Source: Octopus sinensis
Taxonomy: Eukaryota
NCBI RefSeq assembly: GCF_006345805.1
Contig: NC_042999.1
Coordinates: 50,096,001 to 50,160,000, forward strand
Direction: 5' to 3'
Length of the DNA: 64,000 nucleotides
The position numbers and the translations under genes are program-made. Shown here piece after piece: positions 38,122-51,784 of this stretch. Each line of letters begins with the position of its first letter. Positions within the stretch are counted from its first letter, which is position 1. The notes under the pieces are model-generated. The model was not told the DNA's origin. It did not search any database and worked only from the letters and a program-made list of their open reading frames with translations.

Positions 38122-39219
38122 GCATGCAGGTATATATACATACATAAATACATACACACACACTATCAGTTTGATGTTATGCTATTCACCAGGTTAGTGT
38201 TATATTATATAGCAGTTTGGTGGTATACTATTCACTAGATTGCAAACTGTTCATTTTTGAGTTATGAAATGTATCTATAAATGTGTTTATAAATTATATT
38301 CATACACACTTATCTACCCTAGCAGGTTCTAAAGAAAGAAAACTAAAGCCAACGCTTTCAAAGACCTTCATAAAAGGCATTGCATGGAATACGGATGGAT
38401 GTCATTCCTATCATCAATGACTTTACAACATCAGCCAGTACAGTTCATCATATTGACAGCAATGAAATAATTGTCCATATAGGAAAATATAGTCATGTTT
38501 ACTCTCTATCAGCTTTTATTCAGAGTTACTGCTCTCCTAGGCAGGTTGCCTGCATGCAACTTGTGTAATGCTAAAATGCTCATCTTTTCCATTCATTCTA
38601 AATATTATATCGTCATGAATGTGGATATAAGTAGGGTGGTTGGGCATGTGTGGATGTATGTGTGTGGGCTTTGTAATTTTTGTTTTAATAATATTGTTTT
38701 CTTATTGCATAAAGCCATTCCAGTTTAAAGGTAAATTAATCCGTAGAGATAAAATTCAAAGTAGTGAATATTTTTTTTGAAAAGCATTCAGAGCTTATTG
38801 ACTGGAAGTAAAGTTACCAAAAGAACGAGTTCTCTGAAACAGAGCTGAAAGTTAGCTTTCTTACTTTAAGTTGACTAAGCATAATTTTAAATATAGTTTG
38901 GTTTCTTTTTGTTTTCTACAAAGGTCAACAAGATTGGTCATGTATGAGATTTACATCTTGTTTGACTAGTCGACACCTAGAGACAGTTTCTGTCATAACA
39001 ACATGAACATAAATAATGTGTCTAGAAGCAGTCAGTTCCTACAAGCTGGGAATAATTTATTTATATTTTGCAGATTGTTTATCTCTAGTCAATACCTGCA
39101 AGCCGTGAGCGTGTGTCTCTCTCTTCCTATAAATATTTATTTAAATGTTACAAATAAACTGATAATATTCTATCAAAATACTGTTCCAGTATTCTGTTGT
39201 CTACAAATTCTAGGTAGTT

Positions 39220-39463
39220 ACCATAATTCTTATTTCATTATTGCCCACAAGGGGCTAAAGATAAAGGGGACAAACAAGGACAGACAAAGGGATTAAGTCG
39301 ATTACATCAACCCCAGTGCGTAAATGGTACTTAATTTATCGACCCCGAAAGGATGAAAGGCAAAGTTGAGTTCGGCGGAATTTGAACTCAGAACATAATG
39401 GCAGACGAAATACTGCTAAGCATTTCATCCGGTGTGCTAATGTTTCTGCCAGCTCGCTGCCTT
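39220..39463 (-). mobile_element. SINE family C with 19-bp TSD
   Basis: TSD CTACAAATTCTAGGTAGTT at 39201-39219 and 39464-39482. Confidence 0.9.
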
Positions 39464-40216
39464 CTACAAATTCTAGGTAGTTTCTTTACAGTGTACATTC
39501 TACAGAAGCCTTGACACGATATAACTTAATAGGATCAAGAATTTTAATAATAATAACTTCCTAATTTAGGTGCATGGTCTGAAATATGACAGGAGGTGAT
39601 TGAAATTTTTGAAATTTCCGAGGAGTGAAGCAAACTCTCTAAGTAAAACTTGTTTAGACTATAGTGTAATATGACAGCTCTTACTAAATGGAGAAGAAAT
39701 ATTCTTCAAATTGATAACTATCTGATACCTTCTCCTAGGATCTAAAGTATAGTAATCTTTGAAATCATGCATTGCAAATGAAGATCTGTAAGACTAATTC
39801 TAATCACATGTAATTAATAAATTATGAATCACGAAAAATTAAGTAAATAAAAATTCTAAACATGAAAGAAATAATCTATTTCATTAGTACAAAGTTAGTA
39901 ATCACCAAACCCCAAAATAGTGACAGGTAGTTCAACTTATGGAGCTGAAATATATAGAGTCTGTCTATCCACCTAACCATTTACTTGTCTATCCATTCAT
40001 CCATCCATCCCTACATCTACTCATCCAACAACCCTAATCATTCATTCATCCATCCATCCATCCATCTATCCATTCTTTCATCTGTAGCAACCATCAACCA
40101 TCATGCAACTATGTGAAGTTTTAGTTATTCAATGTTTTTCATTTTTACTGGACCCTTGAGAGAGCACTGTCTATATAAGCAGAGTTCAAAGGTCTCTGCC
40201 TCCCTCTGTCTGTCTG

Positions 40217-40219
<3 letters not shown>

Positions 40220-40254
<35 letters not shown>

Positions 40255-40475
40255 ACTCTCTCCCTATATATATATGTGTGTGTGTGTGTATACATATGCA
40301 TGTGTATATATGTATGTAATAATATATATATATATATATATACATTTGTATACAAACACGCACATATGTATATACATATACATGCATATATGCATACATA
40401 TACATATATACATATATATATATATTTATATATATACACATACATACACACATATATATATACATAGATATATAC

Positions 40476-40518
<43 letters not shown>

Positions 40519-40555
40519 CATACATATATATACATATATATACATACATATACAG

Positions 40556-40587
<32 letters not shown>

Positions 40588-40616
40588 ATATATGTATATA
40601 TATGTATGTATGTATG

Positions 40617-40647
<31 letters not shown>

Positions 40648-40650
40648 GCA
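40220..40650. repeat. Compound (CT)n/(TA)n/(TACA)n microsatellite
   Basis: Direct reading of the sequence. Confidence 0.95.
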
Positions 40651-41428
40651 AAAATCTTAGCCAGAGTGCCAGAGCAGAATTGGTCATCATCTGCTCTTCT
40701 TTCAGCTCATCTTAACACAAGATATGTTTTATCCAAATGAGACATTCATATGTAATATCTCATTCCCTCCATGTTATAAACCAAATTGGCTGGTTTCTAT
40801 TCTTTTATCTCGGCAATGTTTTCTTTTCAAAATTCACATCTAACAGGAAAAAAAAAACCAAAAAAAACAAACAAAACTTTACTTCAAGAAGGCACATAAC
40901 CATTTCAACAGCATATTTTATCTCAATTGATGGTCTTTTACGAACGTTATAATTGAAAATTGCTGTTTTTCTCTGTATGAATTACTGTCTCATTCAAGCT
41001 TATACTTTATGAACATTTTGGAGGTAAACACATGCTGCTTAAACACATTATCATGCTACTTTGACTAAATGAGATCTACCACTGGGTAATAAGCAGAAAA
41101 ATAAAAGAGAATGTGTGTGTCTGTGTGTTTGCGTGTATGTGTAACTATTTGCAGAATCCAATAGAATCTAGGTATTTTAATAAGGACAAAAAAGTAGAGT
41201 CAAGGACAGCATGCCCACGTACCAACAGCGTGTGAGGACACTCTTACATGATGTAATTGATTTGTTCATCAATAAAAAAAATCATCTGAAACAGCTGTAG
41301 TGAACCTTGGCCCATATATCTATATCTATATCTATCTATCTATCTATATATATATATATATATGTTGATTCGCTAGCCTCTGCACGCATTTTTTTTCTCT
41401 CCTTCTTTCTGTGTTTCTTCTCTGTGTA

Positions 41429-41466
41429 TCTTTCTGTTGAAGAGCGTAGGCTCGAAACATTAAAGA
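41429..41466 (+). ncRNA. Minimal hammerhead-like motif (A6U variant)
   Basis: UCUUU-CUGUUGA-A-GAGC(GUAG)GCUC-GAAAC-AUU-AAAGA. G16.2 to A is consistent with CpG decay. Confidence 0.45.
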
Positions 41467-41594
41467 CTTGTTTTATTTATATTTCCTGAGCGCCATACTA
41501 ATACAGTTGTTTGTTTGTATTCCACCAGCCTTCGTCTTTTGTTTATTTCCGTAAACCTGCCTTCGTCTTTTGTCTATTTTCATAAAGCTTCCCG

Positions 41595-41637
<43 letters not shown>

Positions 41638-41642
41638 TACAC

Positions 41643-42110
41643 ATATACATGTACATGCCTACATATATGTGTATATATAAATATAAATGCAAATATGGGT
41701 ACAGGATGTCAATAAAACGTGAACAAAATGAGAAATGAAAACATAAACACAAAAACATAGAAAACGAAATTTTATTTGAACAATGAAAAAAAACAAACAA
41801 AGAAACGAGACATGCAACAAAAAGAATATTCCCCATCATTAGTTGTCCCTGTTTCATCTACTCCACAGTTCAAAGACCCTGCCTCTGAAATGTAGAGTAG
41901 ATAAAACAGGGGACAACTGATAAAGGGAATGTTCTTTATGTTGCCTGTCTCATTTCTCTATTTGTTTCTTTCGTTCTTCGAAAAAAAAGTTTGTTTTCCA
42001 TTCTTTTATTTTTTATGATCTCATTTCTCATTTTGTTCACATTTTATTGATGTCATGTACCCATACATGCATGTATATATACATATATATGTAGGTATGT
42101 AAATGTATGT
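41643..42110. repeat. Head-to-head inverted repeat with ~230-bp arms and ~10-nt spacer
   Basis: 41643-41873 is the reverse complement of about 41884-42110. Confidence 0.85.
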
Positions 42111-42197
42111 GCGTATATATACATGTATATATATTATTTATATTATTATATGATTGAATGCCATGCATCCATTTCCAAGTAAGTTTTATCTATCTTT

Positions 42198-42277
<80 letters not shown>

Positions 42278-42613
42278 ACTGAGGTTACTGTGGTCTTTTC
42301 CATAGGCTTTTCTTTCCACGGATAAACCTTATCTGCTTCCCCCTTTACACTTTACACCATGACACTGTGATACATGATCCCTATTGATCGTTTTTCTTCC
42401 CCTTTTTCTCTCTTTTTTTTTCTTTTCTTCTTCTTTCCCTTTTACGATCCCTTTTGATCGAAAACCTAACCCGCCCTTTTTTTTTTCTTTCTCTCCCCCA
42501 AAAAGAAAATCTCTACTTTGTAATCTGTCCTGTCTGTGTGCAGCCCTGTGTAGCTAATAAAGAAACATATCTATCTATCTATATATATATATTCACACAT
42601 GCACATATATACA

Positions 42614-42680
<67 letters not shown>

Positions 42681-44421
42681 CAGTTGTGTTTCCCACCTGC
42701 CTACCTTCCAATTTGCTATCCTGCCATCTATGCTTTTATCTATCTGCCTATCCAATACATGTTTCTGTATTGTGAAGGGTTCAATGAAAAATTGGCTTCA
42801 AATTGTTTTTGGCACAAAGCCAGCAATTTTACTGGAGCTAGTTGGTTGCATCTACCCTAGTGCTCAATGATACTTGTTCCATTGATCCTGAAAGGATGAA
42901 AGGCAAATTGACCTCAGTGGAATTTGAACTCAAAATGTAAAGATGGACAAAATGTCGATAAGCATTTTGCCTGGCATGCTAATGTTTCTGCTAGCTTGCT
43001 ATCTTGATGTCACTGAAATATTGGTATCAAATTGTGGCTCAGGGCAGCAATTTCATAGAGAGGGCTAGTCAAATATATTGCCCCCTGAACACAATTGTTA
43101 CTTATTTTATTGACCCCAAAAGGGATAAAAGGCAAAGTCTACTAAGGTAGCATTTGAAGCCAAAAGAAATGCCACTATTCATTTTGTCCAGGATGGTAAT
43201 TATTCTGCCAGCTTGTTGCTTTGGTATCATTGAGACATTAAGAACAAAAAATTATAAATAAAAGCATAAAAGTATTGATCATATAATTGTCAGCCAGTCA
43301 CACATATCAAATAATTGAAATATATTCCATTCCATTGTTCTTTGTGAATTCTAATCTTGAGACAAACTTTGAACAATACATGGCAGAACTATTAATATGC
43401 TAGAACTCTCTTGGTTAAATGTTGAAACTATCAACATAAATCGTGTAAAATTTGCTCCTGCCAATATCAGATACTACTTCATGCCCCAGCTGATGAACTC
43501 TTGACCAAAATGTCCTGGGTCCAAGGTTAAATATTCGCCTTGTATTTAAGCATTAAATTAATGTCTCTTTGGTATGCGATATTAATCTACTTGCTATCTG
43601 AAAATAGCAACCTTAACCTCCTGATGAATGGTTAGCACTGTCATAAAGGGCAAATAGTGATAAAATTGTAACATCGATGTTATCTCTAAACATCAAATTT
43701 TACAGAACAAGTCAAAATTGAATGTAAAGAGACTGAAAAAAAAGATACTAAAAACATTTTTTTAAATGAAAAATAGGTTTAGAAAATTTTCAAGAGTTAA
43801 ATAAGCTTCTCTGATTACTCTCTACTCTTTTAAACCTTTGGAGACAGAGCCTCATTTGGAGTTTCAGCACCAAGATGAAGCCCTTTTCACAAGCCCTACA
43901 GAGGGCATGCACTTATTTTTCAAAAACCTTATAAAGAATAGGTACAGGAGTGGCTGTGTGGTAAGTAGCTTGCTTACCAGCCACACAGTTCTGGGTTCAG
44001 TCCCACTGCGTGACACCTTGGGAAAGTGTCCTCTACTATAGCCTCGGGCCGACCAAAGCCTTGGGAGTGGATTTGGTCGACAGAAACTGAAAGAAGCCTG
44101 TCGTATATATATATATATGTATATATGTGTGTGTGTGTGTTTTTTTGTGTCTGTGTTTGTCCCCCCAACATCACTTGACAACTGATGCTGCTATGTTTAC
44201 GTCCCTGTTACTTAGCGGTTCGGCAAAAGAGACCGATAGAATAAGTACTAGGCTTACAAAGAATAAGAGACCTGGGGTCGATTTGCTCGACTAAAAGGCA
44301 GTGCTCCAGCATGGCCGCAGTCAAATGACTGAAACAAGTAAAAGAGTAATGAGAGAATAAAGTAATTACTTTACATATATATAATTTGGAAAACTGATTA
44401 TAGCAGTGACTCCATCTAAGA

Positions 44422-44459
44422 ATATCTGAAGAAGGAATTTTATTCCGAAATATCATAAC
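44422..44459 (+). ncRNA. Minimal type I hammerhead-like motif with intact catalytic core
   Basis: UAU-CUGAAGA-A-GGAAU(UUU)AUUCC-GAAA-UAUC-AUA. Stem III is the palindrome AUAU; predicted cleavage triplet AUC (after 44454). Confidence 0.6.
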
Positions 44460-44617
44460 AGACTATGGATGACTAAATTACAACAGGTATATAGTCCATT
44501 GTTTGTATTATAGTGCATTGTTGTACCATTCAAAACATTTTATTCTTTACAAACAATACACAATGCTTCAAGCGAACTACAATACTCTCCTAAAACTATA
44601 TATATTCTTGTGGGAGC

Positions 44618-44848
44618 AAGGCGGCGAGCTGGCAGACACGTTAGCGCACCGGGCGGAATGCTTAGCGGTATTTCGTCTGTCGTTACGTTCTGAGTTCAAA
44701 TTCTGCCGAGGTCGACTTTACCTTTCATCCTTTTGGGGTCGATAAATAAAAGTACCAGTTTCACACTGGGGTCGATGTAATCGACTTAATCCCTTTGGCT
44801 GTCCTTGTTTGTCCTCTCTATGTTTAGCCCCATGTGGGCAATAAAGAA
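44618..44848 (+). mobile_element. SINE family C with 15-bp TSD
   Basis: TSD ATATATATTCTTGTG at 44598-44612 and 44849-44863. Confidence 0.9.
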
Positions 44849-45168
44849 ATATATATTCTTGTGAGAAATTGAATGAACTAATACAATCTTCTTTGTCATT
44901 TAACTTTTCAGCTGATAGACCAGCCTTGTCATCTCCTAAGGGTTAATCTTTACTCTTTTACTAATTTCAGTCCCTGGACTATGATCATGCTGGAGTAACA
45001 CCTTGTTGAGGTAGCTGAACAAATCGACTCTGGCACTTATTTAAAATCTGGTGCTTTTTCTACCAACCACTTTTGCCAGACCATTAAGTTACAGAGATAT
45101 AAACGGACCAACACCGGTTTTCAAGTAGTGGTTAGATAGTACAAACACAAGGACGCACTACATACATA

Positions 45169-45206
<38 letters not shown>

Positions 45207-45937
45207 CACACATACACACAAACACAATCTCACACAGACATATTTATGTATATATGTGTGTGTTTGAGTGTGTGTATGATTCTGACTTCAATTCCTATTG
45301 AGCTGAGGTCAAATTTGCCTGTCACCCTTTTGGGGTCGGTGATATAAATATTAGTTGAATACTGGGGTCGAGGTAAACAACTTGCCTCCATCCCCAAAAT
45401 TTCAGGCCTTGTGCTTATAATAGAAAGTATTATTGTTGTTGTTGTTGTTATTATCATTATTATTATCATCATTAGTTAGGTGATGAACTGGCAGAATCAT
45501 TAGATGACCATTTTGTCCGTTTTCATGTTCTGAGTTCAAATTCCTCTGAGGTCAACTTCGCCGTTCATCCTTTTTGGGGTTGATAAAATAAGTGCCCATT
45601 GAGCCCTGGGTTCGAAGTGATCAACTTGCCCTTCCCCCAAAATTACAGGCCTTGAGCCAAAATTTGAAATCATTATATTATTAGTATTATCATTATTATT
45701 ATTATTGTCATCATCATCATCATCATTATCATTATTATTATTAGACAACCCTAGTATTTGACTGGCACCTTATTTTTTGCCCTCAAAAGGATGAAAGGCA
45801 AAGGTGACCTCAAGGGAATTTGAACTCAGAATGTAGCAACAGGTGAAATACCACTAAGCACTTGTCTAGTGCGCTAACAATTCTGCCAGCTAGCTGCCTT
45901 GATAATAATAATAATGATAATAATAATAATGATAATC

Positions 45938-45975
<38 letters not shown>

Positions 45976-47094
45976 GAAAACCCATCCTCCACAGCAGAAG
46001 TGTTAAGGCCACATCCTCAGGTGAAGAGGATAAACCAGCAAAAGTCAGTGCCACAAAAAAAGCACTCATGCTGGTGCCACATAAAAGCACCCAGCACACT
46101 CTGTAAAGTGGTTGGCATTAGGTAAAAGCATCCAGCCATAAAAACCAAGTCAGATCAGACTGGAATCTGATGCAACACTCTGGCTTACCCTCCAACCCAT
46201 GCCTGTGCAGAAAACAGATGTTAAAGGATGATAATGATGAATAAATAGGTAAATTTAGAATTTTTGATAATATTATATTTTGCAACTAACACATTATAGA
46301 GATGTGGTATAATCTACTCAAGAGACATTATTGTCTTTTTGGCAGTTTTGATATAGAAGGTAGCATAAAATATATTCTGAGATCATTGCATTGCTCTTAA
46401 GTATATAGTTCATATTATCATAAAGAGGCATATCAAACTCATGTTTAATGTATCTGGCTTGAAATATATCATTAAGTTCAGCCATTTAAGACATACACAC
46501 CTTGTTATTAGAAAATACAGTTAGTGGGTTTGTGTAGAAAATTGCACGTTTTAATTAATTCAACAAAGAATTATTATGTGAAGATAAATTATTTTCTTCT
46601 AGCTGCATCATTAAGTAGCTAATTAATGATTTATAATTTTGGTAAGAGCTTTGAATTATGGAGGAAAGTGTTGTCAATTAAATCTGCCCATTATTTGGCT
46701 GGCACTTATCAATACCCCACTCCTGAGAAAATGGAATATAAAATCCAACATTAGAAAAATTTTAAATGAGAAGCTAAAGAATTTATCATCATTTAAAATC
46801 CATTTTCAATGCAAGCATGGGTTGGGAGGTTTGACAGGATCCAGCAAACAAAAGGGCTGCATTGGGCTTCAGTGTCAGATTTGACATGGTTTCTACAGCT
46901 TGGTACCCTTCCAAATGTCAACCACTTTATAGTGTGTATTGGGTACTTTTATATGTTATAGGGACTATTGAGGTCACTTCATACTTACAAGATGAATAAA
47001 GGACAGGAAAAAAGAAGAAAGCACCCCCAGTTCAATTTAATGAGAGGAAAAATATTTAAGAGGACTTTATGCCAGACACTAAGAGACTAAAGTA

Positions 47095-47629
47095 TTGGGT
47101 TGTCTGGAAAGTTTGTGCTGATTTATAGTAGCTTACATTTCGACTTATATTAGAACATGGTTGTGTCCATAAAATAGGATTTGACTACACCTCCATTTAG
47201 TGAACAGTTTAAGCTATCTTTTCATGGAAGAAGGTTTACATTCCTATAATCTGTGTTAATTCTGTAACCCTTTAAAATGGAAGATAAGAAAGTTCATTTT
47301 TGGCACTTGATGCTTTGGGAACCAGACAAAAATTGCTGCAGCTCAGCTGGGATGTGTTACCCCACCCTCCATTTTCACCAGATATTGCTCCTTCAGATTT
47401 CCACTTATTCAGGTCTCTGCAGAATAGTCTTAATGGTAAAAATTTCAATTCCTTGGATGATGTAAAAAGATACCTTGTTGAATTCTTTGCCATGAAAACC
47501 CCTCAATTCTGGGAAGAGGGATTTTCAAGTTAAAGGAAAGATGGAGACACATTGTGCAACAAAATGGTTGATATTTGGTTGATTAAAAATGTAATATAAA
47601 AATCGGCATGAACTTTCCGGACAACTCAA
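47095..47629 (+). mobile_element. Internally deleted mariner transposon
   Basis: ~30-bp TIRs TTGGGTTGTCTGGAAAG / CTTTCCGGACAACTCAA with TA TSDs. Transposase N-terminus MEDKKVHFWHLMLWE fused to the C-terminus WDVLPHPPFSPDIAPSDFHLF. Confidence 0.92.
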
Positions 47630-48059
47630 TATAATGGAGAAACAAGCCCATATGTCTTTATATGCAGGAGATACATAGCTACCCCACATTATATAAGGGT
47701 GGGAGTAGCAGAAAAGTAGATAGAGGTGGTGATGACAAGATGCTCTACCAAATACCTCAATGTATTTTGTTCTGTACTCCACTGATATTGACACAAGTAA
47801 TTGCTCACATATAATTAAATGTCAATCAACATATCTAAATGTCAGACAATGTAAATAAGTGTGATTGATGACAGAATTCTTAAAGCACTGGACAAAATTG
47901 CAGCATTTCTTTCAACTTGTTATGTTCTGTATTCAAATCTCACCAAGTTAGTTTTGCATTTCATTTTTCCAGGAGCAATAGAAATATAGTTCAGTTCTAA
48001 GATGCAGTTAGAAGAGGAGTTGTTGTTCAGTTTTTAAGGGTAGAGTGGGTGAAAAGTGT

Positions 48060-48925
48060 GTTGTTACATGTGGGTAGGACACAACTCTTCTAGCACTCAG
48101 TTTCATGGACGGGTCTTCTCTAGAACCTCATATCACCAAACATCTCAGTCCACTGTCATTTCCTCCGTGGGCCCCAACATCCTAAGATCATTCCTCACCA
48201 CTTCATCCCATGTTTTCCTGGGTTTCCTTCATCCACAACTACCATCCACTTTCAGCGACAGGCACTTCTGTATACAGTTATCTTCATTCATATGCATCAC
48301 CTGTCCAAACCAACACATTCTCCTCTCCTGCATACCAAATTTAGTCCTTCTTATGCCTAACTTTTCTCTCAATACATTTGTGCTTTGCCGGTCATGCACA
48401 CTGACACTGCAAAGCCAACAGAGCATACTACCTTTATTTCTCTCCAGCCTTCTGCAGTCAGTGACCAATGTCTCACTATCATGTAACATAGCCGTTCTCA
48501 CACAAGCATCATACGATCTACCTTTCACTCCGAGAGAGACTCTTTTTGCTGCCAACAGAGGAAGTAGTAATCTGAACTTCCACCCTATTCTTATTCAAGA
48601 AAGAATACTTTCAGAGCATCCACCACCATTACTGATTTGGTCACCTTAATAGCAGAAACTATCTGCTACGTAAAGAAGGCCTTCTGGGCAATTGTGAGAG
48701 TTTAAGTCTCTTGTACTCTTAGTATTTGCTGTTCCTACACATCTGCCACACACAAAAGTGACCTTATCTGATAACCGTCCAATGATTCTACTGCATCTCT
48801 TATGCATCCATAGATTACACCTGGTGCAGCAAATGCAGTTATGTCTCATGCCATTCCTACATATTGAGCAGGGCCATTTACCAGCCAGTATGAGATTCTT
48901 ATCTCCTTTTGCGCTAACAACAATT
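48060..48925 (-). mobile_element. Older RTE fragment related to 29717-32540
   Basis: KWPCSICR...HKRC...FVCGRC and YDACVRTAMLH.SET...ERRM.WFG; frameshifts and deletions. Confidence 0.9.
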
Positions 48926-48949
48926 TTAGTCTTATTATTATTATTATTA

Positions 48950-49552
48950 TTGAGTGAGCGAGCAGAGCATGCCATCAAAGTGACACTGGGGTAAAATATA
49001 GGAAGCCCAGTATACCCATCATGACTACCCGTCTGATAAGGGTACACCAGGCACATGCATCACAACCATATGTGCGCGACATGGTGATCTCATATCAAGA
49101 TAAACAGCACATGACCTTGCAGGTGGAGCCCAGTTAGAATTTTCTTCAGATCGAGTAACCCATCCTGCTCAAAAGGTCCCTGAATAAGGGTTGTTTAAGG
49201 ACGTTGAACGAAACACCCATGTTTCCAAAGGTGAATTATCCAAACCCCAAAGAATCCCTCTCAACACATGGCTATGATACTCCCCCACTACTTCTGCTCG
49301 TGATCAGAGATGCACATATCGTCAGCCACTAAGGGACATGCTCAACTGGTTAAGGTCAAACAACTGACAAGCAAATCTGTGGTATTGAGCAGAATATTTG
49401 CTGTAGCCCATCTTTTATACCAAGACAAAACAATATACATGATAATACTTCCAATCAGTTAAGATCAGAAGCCATGAGAGCCACTGTTTGGTACTGCATC
49501 AGGGCATATATCTGGTATTGCATCAGGGCATTGTCTGGTACTGCATCAGGGC
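48950..49552 (-). mobile_element. Unclassified non-coding repeat flanked by (TAA)n on both sides
   Basis: GC-richer ~600-bp block between ATT arrays; three tandem TGGTA(C/T)TGCATCAGGGC units at one end; no ORF, no TIRs. Orientation inferred from the (TAA)n flanks. Confidence 0.45.
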
Positions 49553-49578
49553 TATTATTATTATTATTATTATTATTA

Positions 49579-49618
<40 letters not shown>

Positions 49619-49647
49619 CATTATTGTTATTATTATTATTATCATTA

Positions 49648-49684
<37 letters not shown>

Positions 49685-49753
49685 CATTATTGATATTATT
49701 ATTATTATCATTATTGTTATTATTATTATTATCATTATTGTTATTATTATTAC

Positions 49754-49787
<34 letters not shown>

Positions 49788-49797
49788 GTCATTATTG

Positions 49798-49843
<46 letters not shown>

Positions 49844-49855
49844 CATTATTATTAT
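49553..49855. repeat. (ATT)n microsatellite
   Basis: Long imperfect ATT array. Confidence 0.95.
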
Positions 49856-50640
49856 GCCTGCTTCTTCCAAGCAGGATGGATTGAACAGAATTTTGGCAAG
49901 GCAGTATTCTGCCTTAACAGAATATAAATGCCATTGTTGTGACCTAGCCTTAATTGCTTCCAGGTAAATAATTTGTCCCTTTTTGTCATTCATATCACAA
50001 ACTGCATAATAGCTAAACATGTTTTATGGCAGGCTTAAACAGAGATTCTGCCATTCGGCCTAAGCAGTGACATTCTCCTTTGCTTTAAGCACATAAACAA
50101 TGTCAAGATACAGACAAATACACATGCAAACACATGCATTCAAAGAACACACACATACACACACAGATATATATAAACATTTTCCCAGCAGTCATCCATA
50201 AGTGGGTGGAGAGGAGGTCTTTGATGCTTATATGCTGGTTGGCCTTTGGAATTAAACTTGAAAATTGATGATAAATTGTAAGGCTGCAAACTGTCAGTCA
50301 AGTGTTCATATTCCCTCCAGTAAAATGAATTTCAGGGAAATTTCAAACAATGAATATTCCACTTTCACACCAATTGTACTCTTGTTTACATCAGGTCCTT
50401 AGATATACTGTACAGTTTGTCAATGGATGGCAGATATATCAAGTGCTATTTCGTCTCTCTACCTCTCTTTTCTCTTCTCTTCTCTTCTCTTCCCTTTACT
50501 TTTCCACTAACTATCAACTCTCTCCACTCAGATTTTCCATACAATTGCCTATATATACATATATATATATATGTATGTATGTATATACACATATATATGC
50601 ATATATATACATATATATGTGTGTGTATATATATATATAT

Positions 50641-50672
<32 letters not shown>

Positions 50673-50676
50673 ATAT

Positions 50677-50952
50677 CACCATGACCGACCAGGCTATCAG
50701 ATGTTGCTACACATCGCTGGTCACAATGCGTTTTGCATTGTTGTAGCCTTCAAATGACGCCACCCCACTAGCTAAGCAAACAGGCCAACAGAAGAAAGAA
50801 TGAGAGAAAGTTGTGGCAAAAGAGTACAGTTGAGATCACCACCATCCCCTGCCGGAGCCTCAATAAACACTCACAACGCCCGGTCTGGGAATCAAAACCG
50901 TAATCCTACAACCGCAAGTCCGCAGCTCTAACCACTGGGCCATTGCACCTCT
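50677..50952 (-). mobile_element. SINE family B, tail variant 3
   Basis: Same head as 36272-36632, different tail ending CCTGGTCGGTCATGGTG. Confidence 0.8.
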
Positions 50953-51399
50953 ATGTATATCTATATACATATATATATATACATGTATATATATATATAT
51001 GTATGTATATATATAATTGTAGGGAATATAATTCCAAACTTACAGGGAAAAATTCAATTTAGTAATTCTAAATCAAATCTCACAATATATAATATATGTA
51101 TATAATTGAGAGAAAAACCTCTATTAAGCAATTCAATAGTGAAAGACGTTATTCACACCATATAGAAAAAATAAATATACTATAAATACCTTATTCTAAA
51201 AATCAATAAAGTACATAAACAATAAATAGTAGGTGCCAGTGTGGCTGCTTGGTAAGAAGCTTGCTTCCCAACCACATGGTTCCAAGTTCAGCCCCTCTAC
51301 ATGGAACCTTGAGCAAGTGTCTTTTACTATAGTATCAGGCCAACTAAAGGCTTGTGAGTGGATCTGGTAGATGGAAACTGAGAGAAACCCATCATACAT

Positions 51400-51466
<67 letters not shown>

Positions 51467-51784
51467 ACATATTTTTGTGTGTGTGTCTTTGTGTCTGTGT
51501 TTGTCACCCCACCATTGCATGACAACTGATGTTTGTGTGTTTATGTCCCCGTAAGACAGATAGAATAAGTGCTAGGCTTACAAAGAATAAGTCCTGGGGT
51601 CGATTTATCTGACAAAAACCCTTTAAGGTGGTGCTCCAGCAAGACCACAGTTAAATGACTAAAACAAATAACAGAATAAAGGAATATGTTGGACTGCTGA
51701 ACCCTACACATTTTTTTTCATTCTTTTTCTGTTTATTTCCTCTTATTCCTTTCTTATTTCTTTACTGCCCACAAGGGGCTATTC

